64,000 nt of DNA from an uncultured virus (IMG/VR IMGVR_UViG_3300042521_003679). Its lineage: Duplodnaviria; Heunggongvirae; Uroviricota; Caudoviricetes. Under the pieces are notes generated by a model. The model saw nothing but the letters and a program-made list of their open reading frames with translations. It was not told where the DNA came from and did not search any database. Every line of letters starts with the position of its first letter. Positions within the stretch are counted from its first letter, which is position 1. Shown in pieces: positions 35,976 through 45,822 of the stretch. Location: IMG/VR virus record IMGVR_UViG_3300042521_003679. The stretch is one strand, 5' to 3'. The translations under genes and the position numbers were made by a program.

Positions 35976-37355
35976 TTAACGGACTAAGCTATTGATCCAA
36001 TCGATATTATCGTCCTTGGAAGCATCAAGCACTGCTGCCGCAAGCGCAAAGCAATAATCGTCAACGCCTGATTCTTTACCACCAGTTACGGCCCATTGAC
36101 CACTTGCTCGATACAGCACGCTGAGGTTTTTAAGCTGCCAAATAAGTTTCTTATGCGGGTAGAGTTCAATCAATCCCGCGTTAAACAATTCTCGAACCTT
36201 GCTGAATGCCTTCATTTTTGTCGAGACCGACCAAGCGAGCTCTGAAATTGGAAAGTCTTTTGATAGGTCTTGAATGATGGCGGAGCTATTAAATTGGTCA
36301 AGCGTAATGCTCTGAAATTCGTAAAGGCGATGGTGCTCCTTAATCCATTCCTCCACCTTCGCGATGCTTACTTCCTTCTTTCCGCCAATTTCAAAATCAG
36401 CTTCGAACGTATGTAGCTTGTCCAGGATTAATCGCTGCCCTTCGTAGTGGATGATGCAGGCAATGTATTCATCTCTGCCCACGCCACCACGCGCAGGGTC
36501 TAGAGAAAGAAAGTAGGTGCCCATAAGCTCTCTTTTGGGAGGCAAGACAGATCGATCTTTGTTGACGGCAATATCCACCACTTCAGGGGCAAGCAGCACT
36601 GAGTTGTTGGCTCTAAATTGAGCGCCAAATTCTACATAAAAAGTCTCTTCATCTTTCTTTCTTGCTCTAGTAAGAAAGTCGCAATCAAAGGGAAGCGACG
36701 GGTTAATTTCCCAAGTAGGAATTTGCAGGGCTTGCATACCTGGAAACTCACCACTTTGCGCTTGCTTGAAATGGTCAAAAAAGACACCTGACGTAAGATA
36801 AGGTGAAGAAAGCTCGATAATTTTTCCGTGTTTGCCAAACTGAGCAATGGAAGGCGCGAGTGCCGTGTACATTGCTTCTGCACCTCTATTTGCGTCTCCT
36901 TCTATAGAAAATGCCAGCTCATCTTGGATCAAGGCTACAACTGCTTTGCCACGAGATGCGCGAGCCGATGCAGGAATAGCCTGGAAAACACAACCATTTT
37001 TGATCTCAATTTCCAAGCTTGTTTCCCTTATTATTTCTTGCTCAAATGGGCTATTAAGAATTAGTTGGCGTATATTGTCAAGGGCAATTTTAGACTGGCC
37101 GAGGTCATTAGCTACGGCAATAACATACCATTTTTCACCCTTTCTTACCTTGCGCGTAAAATACTCATCTTGGGCGAAACACATGTACAGTGCTGCAACT
37201 GCCGCACAAAAAGTTTTCCCACTACGCCTGCCGAGCGCCCAGATAGCATGATTGATATTTTTTTCAAATAGATTATTGAGGATTTCTTGTTGCTTGGGCC
37301 ATAGCTCCACGCCAAGTGCGTGCTCTGCGAATTCCGAACAGCGAAGTTGAGTCAT
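35976..37355 (-). CDS. terL: Terminase large subunit
   Basis: GRRSGKT Walker A, LIQDE Walker B, LSSP, SLDPA and DDY nuclease motifs. Confidence 0.92.
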   Translation of the reverse strand: MTQLRCSEFAEHALGVELWPKQQEILNNLFEKNINHAIWALGRRSGKTFCAAVAALYMCFAQDEYFTRKVRKGEKWYVIAVANDLGQSKIALDNIRQLILNSPFEQEIIRETSLEIEIKNGCVFQAIPASARASRGKAVVALIQDELAFSIEGDANRGAEAMYTALAPSIAQFGKHGKIIELSSPYLTSGVFFDHFKQAQSGEFPGMQALQIPTWEINPSLPFDCDFLTRARKKDEETFYVEFGAQFRANNSVLLAPEVVDIAVNKDRSVLPPKRELMGTYFLSLDPARGGVGRDEYIACIIHYEGQRLILDKLHTFEADFEIGGKKEVSIAKVEEWIKEHHRLYEFQSITLDQFNSSAIIQDLSKDFPISELAWSVSTKMKAFSKVRELFNAGLIELYPHKKLIWQLKNLSVLYRASGQWAVTGGKESGVDDYCFALAAAVLDASKDDNIDWINSLVR

Positions 37356-38098
37356 TGCAACTGCTGGACAATTCGCCCCGTCCAACCTTTATGTTGTTTA
37401 GCACTTCCATTCACTACCCTGTCCAAGCATGAATTTGTTAGCTTGTATTGCTTAGAAAAATCAAATAAGTTTTCCGTCATGTACACTTCACCGTTTGGGT
37501 CGATAAGTTCGTAAAGATATTTTTGGCTTTTTAATTTGCTCATGGCCCTGCCCTTAGATGTGGCGCGATAGGCGCGTTGTTTCTCGGAGATTTTAGACCT
37601 CGCCTCGGGAGAATGATTTTTGCCCCACATGGGATTCCTTTCTCCTCGTATTAAGTCGCCGCCAGCGGTGGGATTAAGATGCCCTTTCCAGCGGCCCTCT
37701 TTTTGGCGTTGTTTGCGAATTTTCTCCTTGGTCTCCATACTCACAATTTTTCCCTTGTTCGCCTTGGAAATTTTGAGGCGAGCCTCTTCTGAGTGAATCA
37801 TTCCAGATGCGCCCTCGCCCCCATTGCTTTGATTGCGAAGAATTCCTGTGCCTAAATCAATACGCCCATAATGCGCAATGTAGATACATTCCCAGTCAAA
37901 AGCCTCTTGCTCTGTTAACTGAGTGCGTAAAAATACAATTTTGCTTCTATCAACTGGAAGCTGTATTCTTCTGTTTTTAGACCACGCTCTTTTCCCGCTT
38001 CCCTTGCCGATGTAATATGGGCTTCCTTTCTTGCCGTGCTGAGAGTCCACGCTTCTGAGAAAAGCGTAGATATAAAATCGCCGCTCATTCTTGCTCAT
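37352..38098 (-). CDS. Free-standing GIY-YIG homing endonuclease with NUMOD3-like repeats
   Basis: FYIYAF...PYYIGKG; N..NGGEG; HSEEARLKIS, HSPEARSKIS. Confidence 0.85.
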   Translation of the reverse strand: MSKNERRFYIYAFLRSVDSQHGKKGSPYYIGKGSGKRAWSKNRRIQLPVDRSKIVFLRTQLTEQEAFDWECIYIAHYGRIDLGTGILRNQSNGGEGASGMIHSEEARLKISKANKGKIVSMETKEKIRKQRQKEGRWKGHLNPTAGGDLIRGERNPMWGKNHSPEARSKISEKQRAYRATSKGRAMSKLKSQKYLYELIDPNGEVYMTENLFDFSKQYKLTNSCLDRVVNGSAKQHKGWTGRIVQQLQ

Positions 38099-38579
38099 TC
38101 AAGCTCTCCATTGTCCTTAGTGCTGATTGTGGCACGAAAAACGCTGGGCGTCCACGGGCGGGATCCGCCCAGTATTGCCCTTGCATTGCTTCATGGCCAT
38201 AGCACCAGCCATGAATGAATGTTTTTTGACATTCTATGGTCACTAGAACAAATTTTTTACTGGAATCTTCATTTTTTTGCACAATTAAATCGTAAGCATG
38301 TTTTGAACGCGTTTTCACATCCATGCCGGGCAGATCATCTGAGCCCCGCTTGGCTTCGCTTTCTTTGTAAAGCAAATGCTTGAGCCCCAAGTAGGAACCC
38401 ACGGCCATTTCGCCCGCTGCGCCAAGCAAGTGGATTTCCAAGGCTTTGTCGCCACGAGCGGCGCCACGATTACGACCACGAAGCCCTTTTGCTTCATTCA
38501 CGGACTGCCTCCGCTTTCCTTCCTCCATTGCCTGCTTTCGTTCCTCTTCGGAAAAGACAAATTCAATGGGAGTGGGCAT
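38085..38579 (-). CDS. Hypothetical nuclease-like protein
   Basis: GAAGEMAV...D...MDVKT pattern. Confidence 0.65.
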   Translation of the reverse strand: MPTPIEFVFSEEERKQAMEEGKRRQSVNEAKGLRGRNRGAARGDKALEIHLLGAAGEMAVGSYLGLKHLLYKESEAKRGSDDLPGMDVKTRSKHAYDLIVQKNEDSSKKFVLVTIECQKTFIHGWCYGHEAMQGQYWADPARGRPAFFVPQSALRTMESLNEQE

Positions 38580-38644
38580 AGCAAGACGCACGTCATGGCC
38601 ATCATACACATCTTTAGAATGGAAGCAAGCCCATAATGTGAACA

Positions 38645-40720
38645 ATGTCGGAAGAAGCAGTAGATCTTGGCCATGCGAACGAAGCTGGTCTGCGAGCGGA
38701 CGGCCTTGCCAATGCGCTCACGGGCATGGGCATTAAAGGCCGTGACAAAAGCCTGCAAACCACTGCCCAGCCCATCGTCTTCTTGGCTCAAGAAGAGCTG
38801 GAAGCTCTGTACGGCGAATGGCTTCCACGCCGCATTGTAGACATTTATGCCGAGCAGGCCACCCGCAAAGGCTTCAAAGTGCTGTTTGGTGGCGAGGGTG
38901 CCGCTGCCGAGGAGGTGGTGGGCATTGAACAAACTATTGAGGATCTGCACATCCTCGAGAATTTCATGCTGGCTTCCAAGAATGCTCGGCTCTATGGGGG
39001 GTCCGTCATCCTGCTCTACATCGACGATGGGCGTCCAGCGGATCAGCCAGTAGACAAGAGCCGCATTTATACCGTTGAAGGCATGGAAGTGCTTGACCGC
39101 TGGCAAATTGCACCAGTGATTAACGAAGAAAATCTATACGACTACTCCAAGGCAACATATTATCAAATCATTTCAGGCGACCTCATTCGCCAGCCACAAC
39201 TCACCTACATCCATAAAGATAGGATTTTGCGTTTTGACGGTGACTGGCTTCCCTATCGCATTAGGCAAAGGAACTATGGATGGGGAATGAGCAGTTTGCA
39301 AACTGTCTACGAAAGCTTTAAGCACTACTGGACTGGCCTAAATGCCTCGGCCACGCTGTTGTGTGAGTTTGACATTTTCGTTCACAAGATTAAGGGCTTG
39401 GCTCAAATGCTGGCTGCTGGGAAAGAAAAAGACGTGCGTGATCGTCTCGTACTAAATGATATGAGCAAGAGCGTTTATCGCGGCTACGCCATTGACGCAG
39501 AAAAAGAAGAGCTTGCTTTTATCAGCAGAAACTTTGGAGGCGTGGGAGAAATTCTCGAGAAGATGCGTGTGGACATCATTGGAGCCTCCAAGATTCCTCA
39601 TACAGTGCTGTTTGGCGAAAGCCCCAGCGGCCTTGGTTCCACCGGCAGAAGCGAAGAGCGTGATTTCGCCAAGACGCTTGCAGACTACCAGCAATCCACT
39701 TTCCATCGCCCTCTCAAGAAGCTGATGGAGCTAATCATGCTCAGCCGCACTGGTCCCACAAATGGGCGCATGCCTGAGTCATGGCGCATTCATTTCAACG
39801 ACTTGTTCGAGCTGAACGAGCGCGAGAAGGCCGACGTAAGAGCCCGCGTGGCAGCCGTTGACGGGCGTTACATCCAACTGGGAGTACTGAGTCCCAAGGA
39901 AGTGGCTGACGCTCGTTACGGCGGCTCTGAGTGGTCAATGGAACTCACTCTCGATCCGTCCGTGGTGCGGGAACTTCCTGCCCCTGGAGGGGGTGGTTCC
40001 ACTCAAGAAAGGGGTGGCATGAAAGTGCCTCCTGGTGGTCGCGATCCCCTTGACGAGCAAAACGGCACTCTTCCCATGGACGGAAGTCGAGAAGTGGAAG
40101 ATGCTGCCGGCTTGTACTTGCCTCGGGATCTCGAGCATCGACGCGGAGATGTTACTTTTACCGACAAAGAGCTGCATAGTCAAGCTGTGGCAGCGGCCAA
40201 AAGCAAATTCAAAGTGTGGCCATCAGCTTATGCCAGTGGCTATGTGGTGCAGCAGTACAAGCGCATGTACAAAGAAAAGCACGGTTCAATGAGCGGCGCT
40301 TTCAAGGGTGATGGTCAAGAAATTTATGCCGATGATCTTGATAAGTGGTTTAAGGAAAAATGGGTGAGAATTGGGGCCAATGGCGAAATCATGGGACCAT
40401 GCGGTGCTCGTGAAGAGAAAGAAGGAAAGCCTAAGTGCCTCCCTCAAGCGAAGGCTCAAGCCATGAGCAAAGAAGAGCGCCAAACCATTGTTGCTCGCAA
40501 GCGCAAAGCTGATCCCGATCCAGAACGCAAAGGGCCGGCGAAGATGGTCAGTAGCAAAGTCGATGCCATTGAGCCCATGAAAGTAGAAGGCATGATCCTT
40601 GGCAACATTGACGAGGAAGCTTTTATTACGGAGGCTGACATTGACAAGGCTTTGAGTGAATGGAAGGAGGAAGCTCCTGTCAAGTTCAAGGAAATCCTGG
40701 AAGCCGACAATGCTGAATGA
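38645..40720 (+). CDS. Portal protein (DUF1073-type) with C-terminal DUF5872-like accessory domain
   Basis: RRIVD, ARLYGG, WGMS, IPHTVLFGESPSGL; WPSAYASG...LDKWFKEKW...PKCLP. Confidence 0.88.
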   Translation: MSEEAVDLGHANEAGLRADGLANALTGMGIKGRDKSLQTTAQPIVFLAQEELEALYGEWLPRRIVDIYAEQATRKGFKVLFGGEGAAAEEVVGIEQTIEDLHILENFMLASKNARLYGGSVILLYIDDGRPADQPVDKSRIYTVEGMEVLDRWQIAPVINEENLYDYSKATYYQIISGDLIRQPQLTYIHKDRILRFDGDWLPYRIRQRNYGWGMSSLQTVYESFKHYWTGLNASATLLCEFDIFVHKIKGLAQMLAAGKEKDVRDRLVLNDMSKSVYRGYAIDAEKEELAFISRNFGGVGEILEKMRVDIIGASKIPHTVLFGESPSGLGSTGRSEERDFAKTLADYQQSTFHRPLKKLMELIMLSRTGPTNGRMPESWRIHFNDLFELNEREKADVRARVAAVDGRYIQLGVLSPKEVADARYGGSEWSMELTLDPSVVRELPAPGGGGSTQERGGMKVPPGGRDPLDEQNGTLPMDGSREVEDAAGLYLPRDLEHRRGDVTFTDKELHSQAVAAAKSKFKVWPSAYASGYVVQQYKRMYKEKHGSMSGAFKGDGQEIYADDLDKWFKEKWVRIGANGEIMGPCGAREEKEGKPKCLPQAKAQAMSKEERQTIVARKRKADPDPERKGPAKMVSSKVDAIEPMKVEGMILGNIDEEAFITEADIDKALSEWKEEAPVKFKEILEADNAE

Positions 40721-41387
40721 CCTCAGCGCATTTGCAGAAGCAGTGTTGTCTAGCAGAATGGACGCTGCATGGTCTTACGACCGTAACACTGGACGCTATC
40801 GGGACGAACGTGGCAAATTCCTGAGCCAAGCTTCTGTGCAAAAGCTTGTCGACGGACGCATTGATAAGCTGGAAGCTTCGCTTAAGCGTTTCACGCGCAT
40901 GCTCAGCAATGGATCAATCACTCTTGACCAGTGGCAAGGAAGCGTGCGAGAAGCTATTAAAGCCGCCCACATTCAAGCAGCAATTATTGGCCATGGAGGC
41001 AAAGCTGGTATGGGCAGTGCAGAATATGGTCGCGTGGGTCAAAGGCTTCGCTTGGAATATGATTTTCTTGCGAATTTTGCCTCCGATTTGCTTGGCGGTC
41101 GCGTTTCTGCTCCCATGGCTTTGGCTCGCATTGGCCTATACGCTCAAAGCGTTCGTGGCAGTTACTGGTTGGGAGCCGAAATCAGACAGCAAGAACAAGG
41201 CTATTCCTTAATGCGGCGCATCTTGGACGAGCAAGCCAAGCACTGCGAAGATTGCTTGCGCTATGCCGCTCGTGGCGTTGTCCCCATTGGAAGCGTGCCA
41301 CTGCCGGGACAGCGTTGTGAATGCGGCGCTAGGTGCCGCTGTTCTGTGCGCTACTTCAGGCAGCAACCGCAAGCGGTGCCAGTATAG
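40710..41387 (+). CDS. Minor head (MuF-like) protein
   Basis: After portal; HCEDC...PG..CEC...CRC. Confidence 0.75.
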   Translation: MLNDLSAFAEAVLSSRMDAAWSYDRNTGRYRDERGKFLSQASVQKLVDGRIDKLEASLKRFTRMLSNGSITLDQWQGSVREAIKAAHIQAAIIGHGGKAGMGSAEYGRVGQRLRLEYDFLANFASDLLGGRVSAPMALARIGLYAQSVRGSYWLGAEIRQQEQGYSLMRRILDEQAKHCEDCLRYAARGVVPIGSVPLPGQRCECGARCRCSVRYFRQQPQAVPV

Positions 41388-41407
41388 TAGGGCAAAGTTT
41401 CAAGCCC

Positions 41408-42160
41408 ATGAAAGTTCTCGTAGGAGACACTGGTCTGATTGGTAGCGTTCTGCAGCAATCCGCCAACTTCGACGCCACCTTTAATTCCAGCAACATTCAT
41501 GAGTTGCCGGAGATTGCCAATATGCCAGGGCAAGTGGACGAACTGTACCTTGCTTGCCTGCCTGCAACAAAATGGTTGGTCAATAAAGATCCAGTAAAAG
41601 ACTTCAACAATATTCTCTCTATTGTCGATGTTCTAACAGAGGTATGGGCAACGAAAGTAATTCTTATTTCCACCATTGACATTTATCAGCCCGACGATTG
41701 CGGAGGCAATGAAAGTTGTTGGACGCATTTTGGACCATTGAGCTACGGCTCTAACAGGCTTTTGTTTGAAACACTTGTCCAAGACACGCTTGGCTTTGAT
41801 ACTTGTATCGTGCGACTGCCAGCCGTCTTCCATCCGCTTATCAAAAAGAATATCTTGTTTGATTTGCTGAATGATCACAATGTCGATCAAATCAATGGCA
41901 ACTCGGCCTATCAGTGGTATCCGCTCAAGCGACTGTGGCAAGACATTCAAGAAGTAAAAGGCAATGAAGTGATCAATTTATTTCCGCCTCCCATTGAAAC
42001 CCTGGAAATCATTGACAAGTTTTTCCCCAATGCTGAAATCTCTTCAGGTGAGCGCATCTCTTACGATTATCGCACCATGGCAACGAAAAGCGGTTATTGG
42101 CTTTCCAAGGAGGAAGTAATGGATGAAATGGAGGCATTTATTAATGAAGCTCGGGGTTAG
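41408..42160 (+). CDS. NAD-dependent epimerase/SDR-like protein
   Basis: GDTGLIG, ISTIDIY, YGSNR, VRLP. Confidence 0.8.
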   Translation: MKVLVGDTGLIGSVLQQSANFDATFNSSNIHELPEIANMPGQVDELYLACLPATKWLVNKDPVKDFNNILSIVDVLTEVWATKVILISTIDIYQPDDCGGNESCWTHFGPLSYGSNRLLFETLVQDTLGFDTCIVRLPAVFHPLIKKNILFDLLNDHNVDQINGNSAYQWYPLKRLWQDIQEVKGNEVINLFPPPIETLEIIDKFFPNAEISSGERISYDYRTMATKSGYWLSKEEVMDEMEAFINEARG

Positions 42161-42887
42161 TGCAATTGGCTGGGAAGCCGAAGACCATACAGAAATTGTC
42201 CTGCATCTTCCCGATGGTGTCGAGCTGTTGGAAGCAGTGCCTTTCAAGAGGCACAGTCGCTTTTCCGGCTACTTGCAAAAATATTCGGCACAATCATTGT
42301 TCTATGGCATGGACATTGACGCCTTCTGGGACGAGCAGGCGCTGGATTCATGCTTAGCCAATTTAGTGGCAATGGCGCATGAATACGGATGGAAGAGAAT
42401 GGTGCTTGGAAGCCCAGGACTGCGCAAAGGCGACAGGCGTTATTTGATGGACGCGCTTGCAAGGGTGAATGATGCCCTTGCCGCTCTCGATTGCACTGTT
42501 TGTATTGAGCCCGTAGCCAAGCCCTATGGTGGCGAATATTTCTTCACAGTCGAAGAAATTGTGCAAAGCCTTGTGGAATACTCATTGTCCCACACTGCAA
42601 CAATGATCGACACTAATAGCGTGTGGCTAGAGAGTCAATGGCCCGAAGATGTGCTTGTTCAATACTTTCCCTACATCAAGCATGTTCACATTAGCGATCA
42701 AAATATTGGCCCCATTGTCTCCCAGGAAAAGCATGAGCGCTTTGCTGAAGCGTTGCGCAATGCCGAATACGAGGGGGCAGTCATTCGCGAGCTGTTAAAG
42801 GCAAAGAATTATCCAGGTGAGTACCATTATTTCGCTCATCTTTACAAGCCCTCCAATATTTCGCGCACCTTTTCCTCGATCAAGTAG
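42144..42887 (+). CDS. Xylose-isomerase-like TIM-barrel epimerase
   Basis: VLGSP..R, CIEP, MIDT, HVHISD. Confidence 0.8.
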   Translation: MKLGVSAIGWEAEDHTEIVLHLPDGVELLEAVPFKRHSRFSGYLQKYSAQSLFYGMDIDAFWDEQALDSCLANLVAMAHEYGWKRMVLGSPGLRKGDRRYLMDALARVNDALAALDCTVCIEPVAKPYGGEYFFTVEEIVQSLVEYSLSHTATMIDTNSVWLESQWPEDVLVQYFPYIKHVHISDQNIGPIVSQEKHERFAEALRNAEYEGAVIRELLKAKNYPGEYHYFAHLYKPSNISRTFSSIK

Positions 42888-43822
42888 ATGCCCTGAATCT
42901 TGCCTGTATAGCAAGATAGAAGATTGTCCTGCTGTTTGAACAGCGGGGCTCGATATGCACTGGCATTGGTTCGTTTGCTTTTCATTGACAGCACAATGCT
43001 ATGACGAGAAAGATGGTCCAAGAAATCTGGCCAGTACGAGCGAGCATGAAGCTCTGCCTTGTGTCTTAATTGTTCTAGCTTTTCCATTGGTGGCTCTTCC
43101 TCAATGGGCAACACTGAATCGGCGGCAACGCTATGCACCACATGGCTCAGGGACATAGTGCCATCGTGGAACGGATAGAAAGAGAACAATGGTCCGTCAA
43201 TATAAGTGAGCGCACCAAAAGGCAAAGGTTTTTGAATGTCATAGAGAAACATTGCCACTGCCTCAAAGTATTCATTGCTTGATGGCTTTAGCAGCGCATT
43301 ATTCGTGCAATCAATCACCAAATGAAAATCTTGCTTCAGCCGCTTAATGTCTTCCCTGGTAATTTGCTCTTGCTGGAACACTGGAGACAATTGCCCTGAG
43401 AAGAACTGTTTGGCTTCGACGGGGGAAATGTAACGCTCTTGAGTGCGCCAAACCATGGAAGTGTCGCGAAGAAAGTCAGTTTCAATTTCTTCATATTGAA
43501 AGATCAATGGAGGGAAGATGCTTCTGACGGTTCCCGCGTCTAGCAAGCTTTCATCTTCTGGCACCGCATACAAATTATTCTCCACCGTGTAAGTGAGACT
43601 TCCATATTCGTGCATGAAACGATCGAAAGTGAATCTGCACAACGAACGAGTGGCTGCATTCCTTGCGTAGTGATAGCCAAGGTGAAGCCGATTTTGGTTG
43701 ATCAGCGAAGCGCCGTGAAACGGTTCGGGCTTGCGGTCAAACAGCGTGATGTGGTGTTCGTCTCTGAGTTGACAAGCCAAGTGGCATCCCACCCATCCAG
43801 CTCCGATAATCGCTACGCGCAT
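42842..43822 (-). CDS. FAD-dependent oxidoreductase
   Basis: IIGAGWVG, GASLINQNRLHLGYHY, DGP, GKI. Confidence 0.85.
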   Translation of the reverse strand: MRVAIIGAGWVGCHLACQLRDEHHITLFDRKPEPFHGASLINQNRLHLGYHYARNAATRSLCRFTFDRFMHEYGSLTYTVENNLYAVPEDESLLDAGTVRSIFPPLIFQYEEIETDFLRDTSMVWRTQERYISPVEAKQFFSGQLSPVFQQEQITREDIKRLKQDFHLVIDCTNNALLKPSSNEYFEAVAMFLYDIQKPLPFGALTYIDGPLFSFYPFHDGTMSLSHVVHSVAADSVLPIEEEPPMEKLEQLRHKAELHARSYWPDFLDHLSRHSIVLSMKSKRTNASAYRAPLFKQQDNLLSCYTGKIQGIYLIEEKVREILEGL

Positions 43823-43885
43823 GCCACAGTCCGCTTCTGCCATAGTCTAAAACCCTTGTAAGATGAGGCCAGCTTTCCTTTTCTT

Positions 43886-45106
43886 GTGGCAACTATTCTC
43901 TACTGCGGCGACGTGGGGGTGCAAACTGGTTTTGGGCGCGTGAGCGAGCATTTGATTCCAGCACTGGCCAAAGAGCATGACGTGCATGCCTTGGCTGTGA
44001 ACTGGCATGGCGACCCCAGCGAAATGCAGGAGCATTGCAAAATGTATCCCGCCATGGCCTACGGCTCCGACCCGTTTGGGCAGCATCGCATTGGAGAGCT
44101 GGTTCAGAAAATCAAGCCCGATCTCGTTTTCATCCTTAACGACATTTGGGTGGCGATCAATTTGTTCAATGGCATCAAGCCTTTTAAGGAAAGTATTGGT
44201 TTCAAAACCATTGTGTACACCCCCATTGACTCCTATGGTTTATTTGCTGAGCTGTGCGAGCCCATCAACCATTGGGACACGCTCATCACCTACACAGACT
44301 TTGCCAAGGAAGAGCTGCGCAAAATGGGCTACGACAAGCCCGTGGAAGTGGTGGGGCATGGCACGGACTTCACTAAGTTCTTCCCTATGGACAAAGAGCA
44401 ATGCAGGAAGGATTTGGGAGTGCCGAACGATGTGTTTATTGTCTTCAATGGCAACAGGAATCAACCGCGCAAGCGCATCGACCTGACCATCAAGGGCTTT
44501 GTCAAGTTTGCCAAGGACAAGCCAGACGCTCGATTGTGGCTCAACATGGGCAAGAAAGATATGGGCTGGGATTTGGTGCCTTTGTTCAAGCGCGTGGCCA
44601 AAGACGAGGGATATGACCCTACGGGCAAGCTGATTCTTACCAGCCCCGAGTTTTCCACTCACAACTGCCTTCCCATTGAACAGCTCAACAAGGTGTATAA
44701 CGCCTGCGACGTGGGCGTAAACACTTGCATTGGAGAGGGCTGGGGCTTGGTCAATACAGAGCATGCAGCGACTGGCGTGGCGCAGTTGGTGCCTGACCAT
44801 ACAAGCCTCAAAGAGATCTTTGGCGAAGTGCCTCGCATTCAATGCCAAGGCTCAGAAACCGATAGGAACTATGGCCTCGAGCGTCCGATTCCTACGCCCG
44901 AAAGTTTGGCGGAGCTTTTGAGCGGATATTACGAAAATCGTGACTTCCTGGCCGCCGATGGGGAATGGTGCTATAAACGCATTCATGAGAAGCCATTCAC
45001 TTGGCCCTTCATCCAGAAGCAGATGCTTGGCATCATTGAAGAAACGCTTGCCCAAGGAGCATCTTCTCAGTTCAAAGGCTTCGGCACTCCCGCAAAAATT
45101 GTTTGA
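43886..45106 (+). CDS. Glycosyltransferase family 4
   Basis: TGFGRV, HG.D, NRNQPRKR, GEGWGL...EH. Confidence 0.9.
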   Translation: MATILYCGDVGVQTGFGRVSEHLIPALAKEHDVHALAVNWHGDPSEMQEHCKMYPAMAYGSDPFGQHRIGELVQKIKPDLVFILNDIWVAINLFNGIKPFKESIGFKTIVYTPIDSYGLFAELCEPINHWDTLITYTDFAKEELRKMGYDKPVEVVGHGTDFTKFFPMDKEQCRKDLGVPNDVFIVFNGNRNQPRKRIDLTIKGFVKFAKDKPDARLWLNMGKKDMGWDLVPLFKRVAKDEGYDPTGKLILTSPEFSTHNCLPIEQLNKVYNACDVGVNTCIGEGWGLVNTEHAATGVAQLVPDHTSLKEIFGEVPRIQCQGSETDRNYGLERPIPTPESLAELLSGYYENRDFLAADGEWCYKRIHEKPFTWPFIQKQMLGIIEETLAQGASSQFKGFGTPAKIV

Positions 45107-45822
45107 CCACCATGGAAATCTCTCAAATTTTTCTAAGCGACGCGGGGGATGAGCTTTCGCCGTTTCTCCAATATGCCACTGGCACTGTTAAAGCTTCGTT
45201 TCCTTCTGCAAATCACACGATCTACACCAAGGAAACACTAAGGCAATTTATTGCCGACAATTACGACCCTGACGTGCTGTGGGCTTATGACTGTCTGAAG
45301 CCCTATTCATACAAGGCTGATCTTGGACGCTTTTGCTTGCTGAACAAGCTTGGTGGATGGTATTTGGATATTGCCATCAGAGTGGTCAACCCCGTAGAAG
45401 TGGGGCCTCGCATCAAATGGTTGGCATTTAGGGACATCCAGCGCTTTAGCTTCACTTCCTGGGCATGCGCCACGACTGTTCTATATTCACAGCCCGACAA
45501 TCCCGCGCTAACCACCGCCATTCAATTGATCGTAAACAATTGTCATGAGCGCTTTTATGGCATCACGCCATTGTGTCCTACTGGCCCCACGCTGCTTGGT
45601 CAGGCACTGGCAATGAACGGTCCCGCTTCGGACTTCGTTTATGGTGACTATCTAGAGCTAACTCCTACGCATGAGCAGAAGAACAGGGCTTTCGTCCTGC
45701 CCGATGGAACTATTATGGCTTGGTCCAAGCCTTCTGGCGGTGGCGATCTTACTGGCGTTGGCGCTAAAGGCGTAAACAATTACAACGAACTTTGGGCCAA
45801 GCGAGATGTCTATGCAAGCTGA
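45103..45822 (+). CDS. GT32/OCH1-like glycosyltransferase
   Basis: KADLGRFCLL..LGGWYLD, PTGP.LLG. Confidence 0.8.
   Translation: MTTMEISQIFLSDAGDELSPFLQYATGTVKASFPSANHTIYTKETLRQFIADNYDPDVLWAYDCLKPYSYKADLGRFCLLNKLGGWYLDIAIRVVNPVEVGPRIKWLAFRDIQRFSFTSWACATTVLYSQPDNPALTTAIQLIVNNCHERFYGITPLCPTGPTLLGQALAMNGPASDFVYGDYLELTPTHEQKNRAFVLPDGTIMAWSKPSGGGDLTGVGAKGVNNYNELWAKRDVYAS

Noticed and set aside
35976..38098. Group I intron or intein in terL
   Set aside because: TerL appears complete from its own ATG overlapping the endonuclease stop; no splice or intein motifs seen
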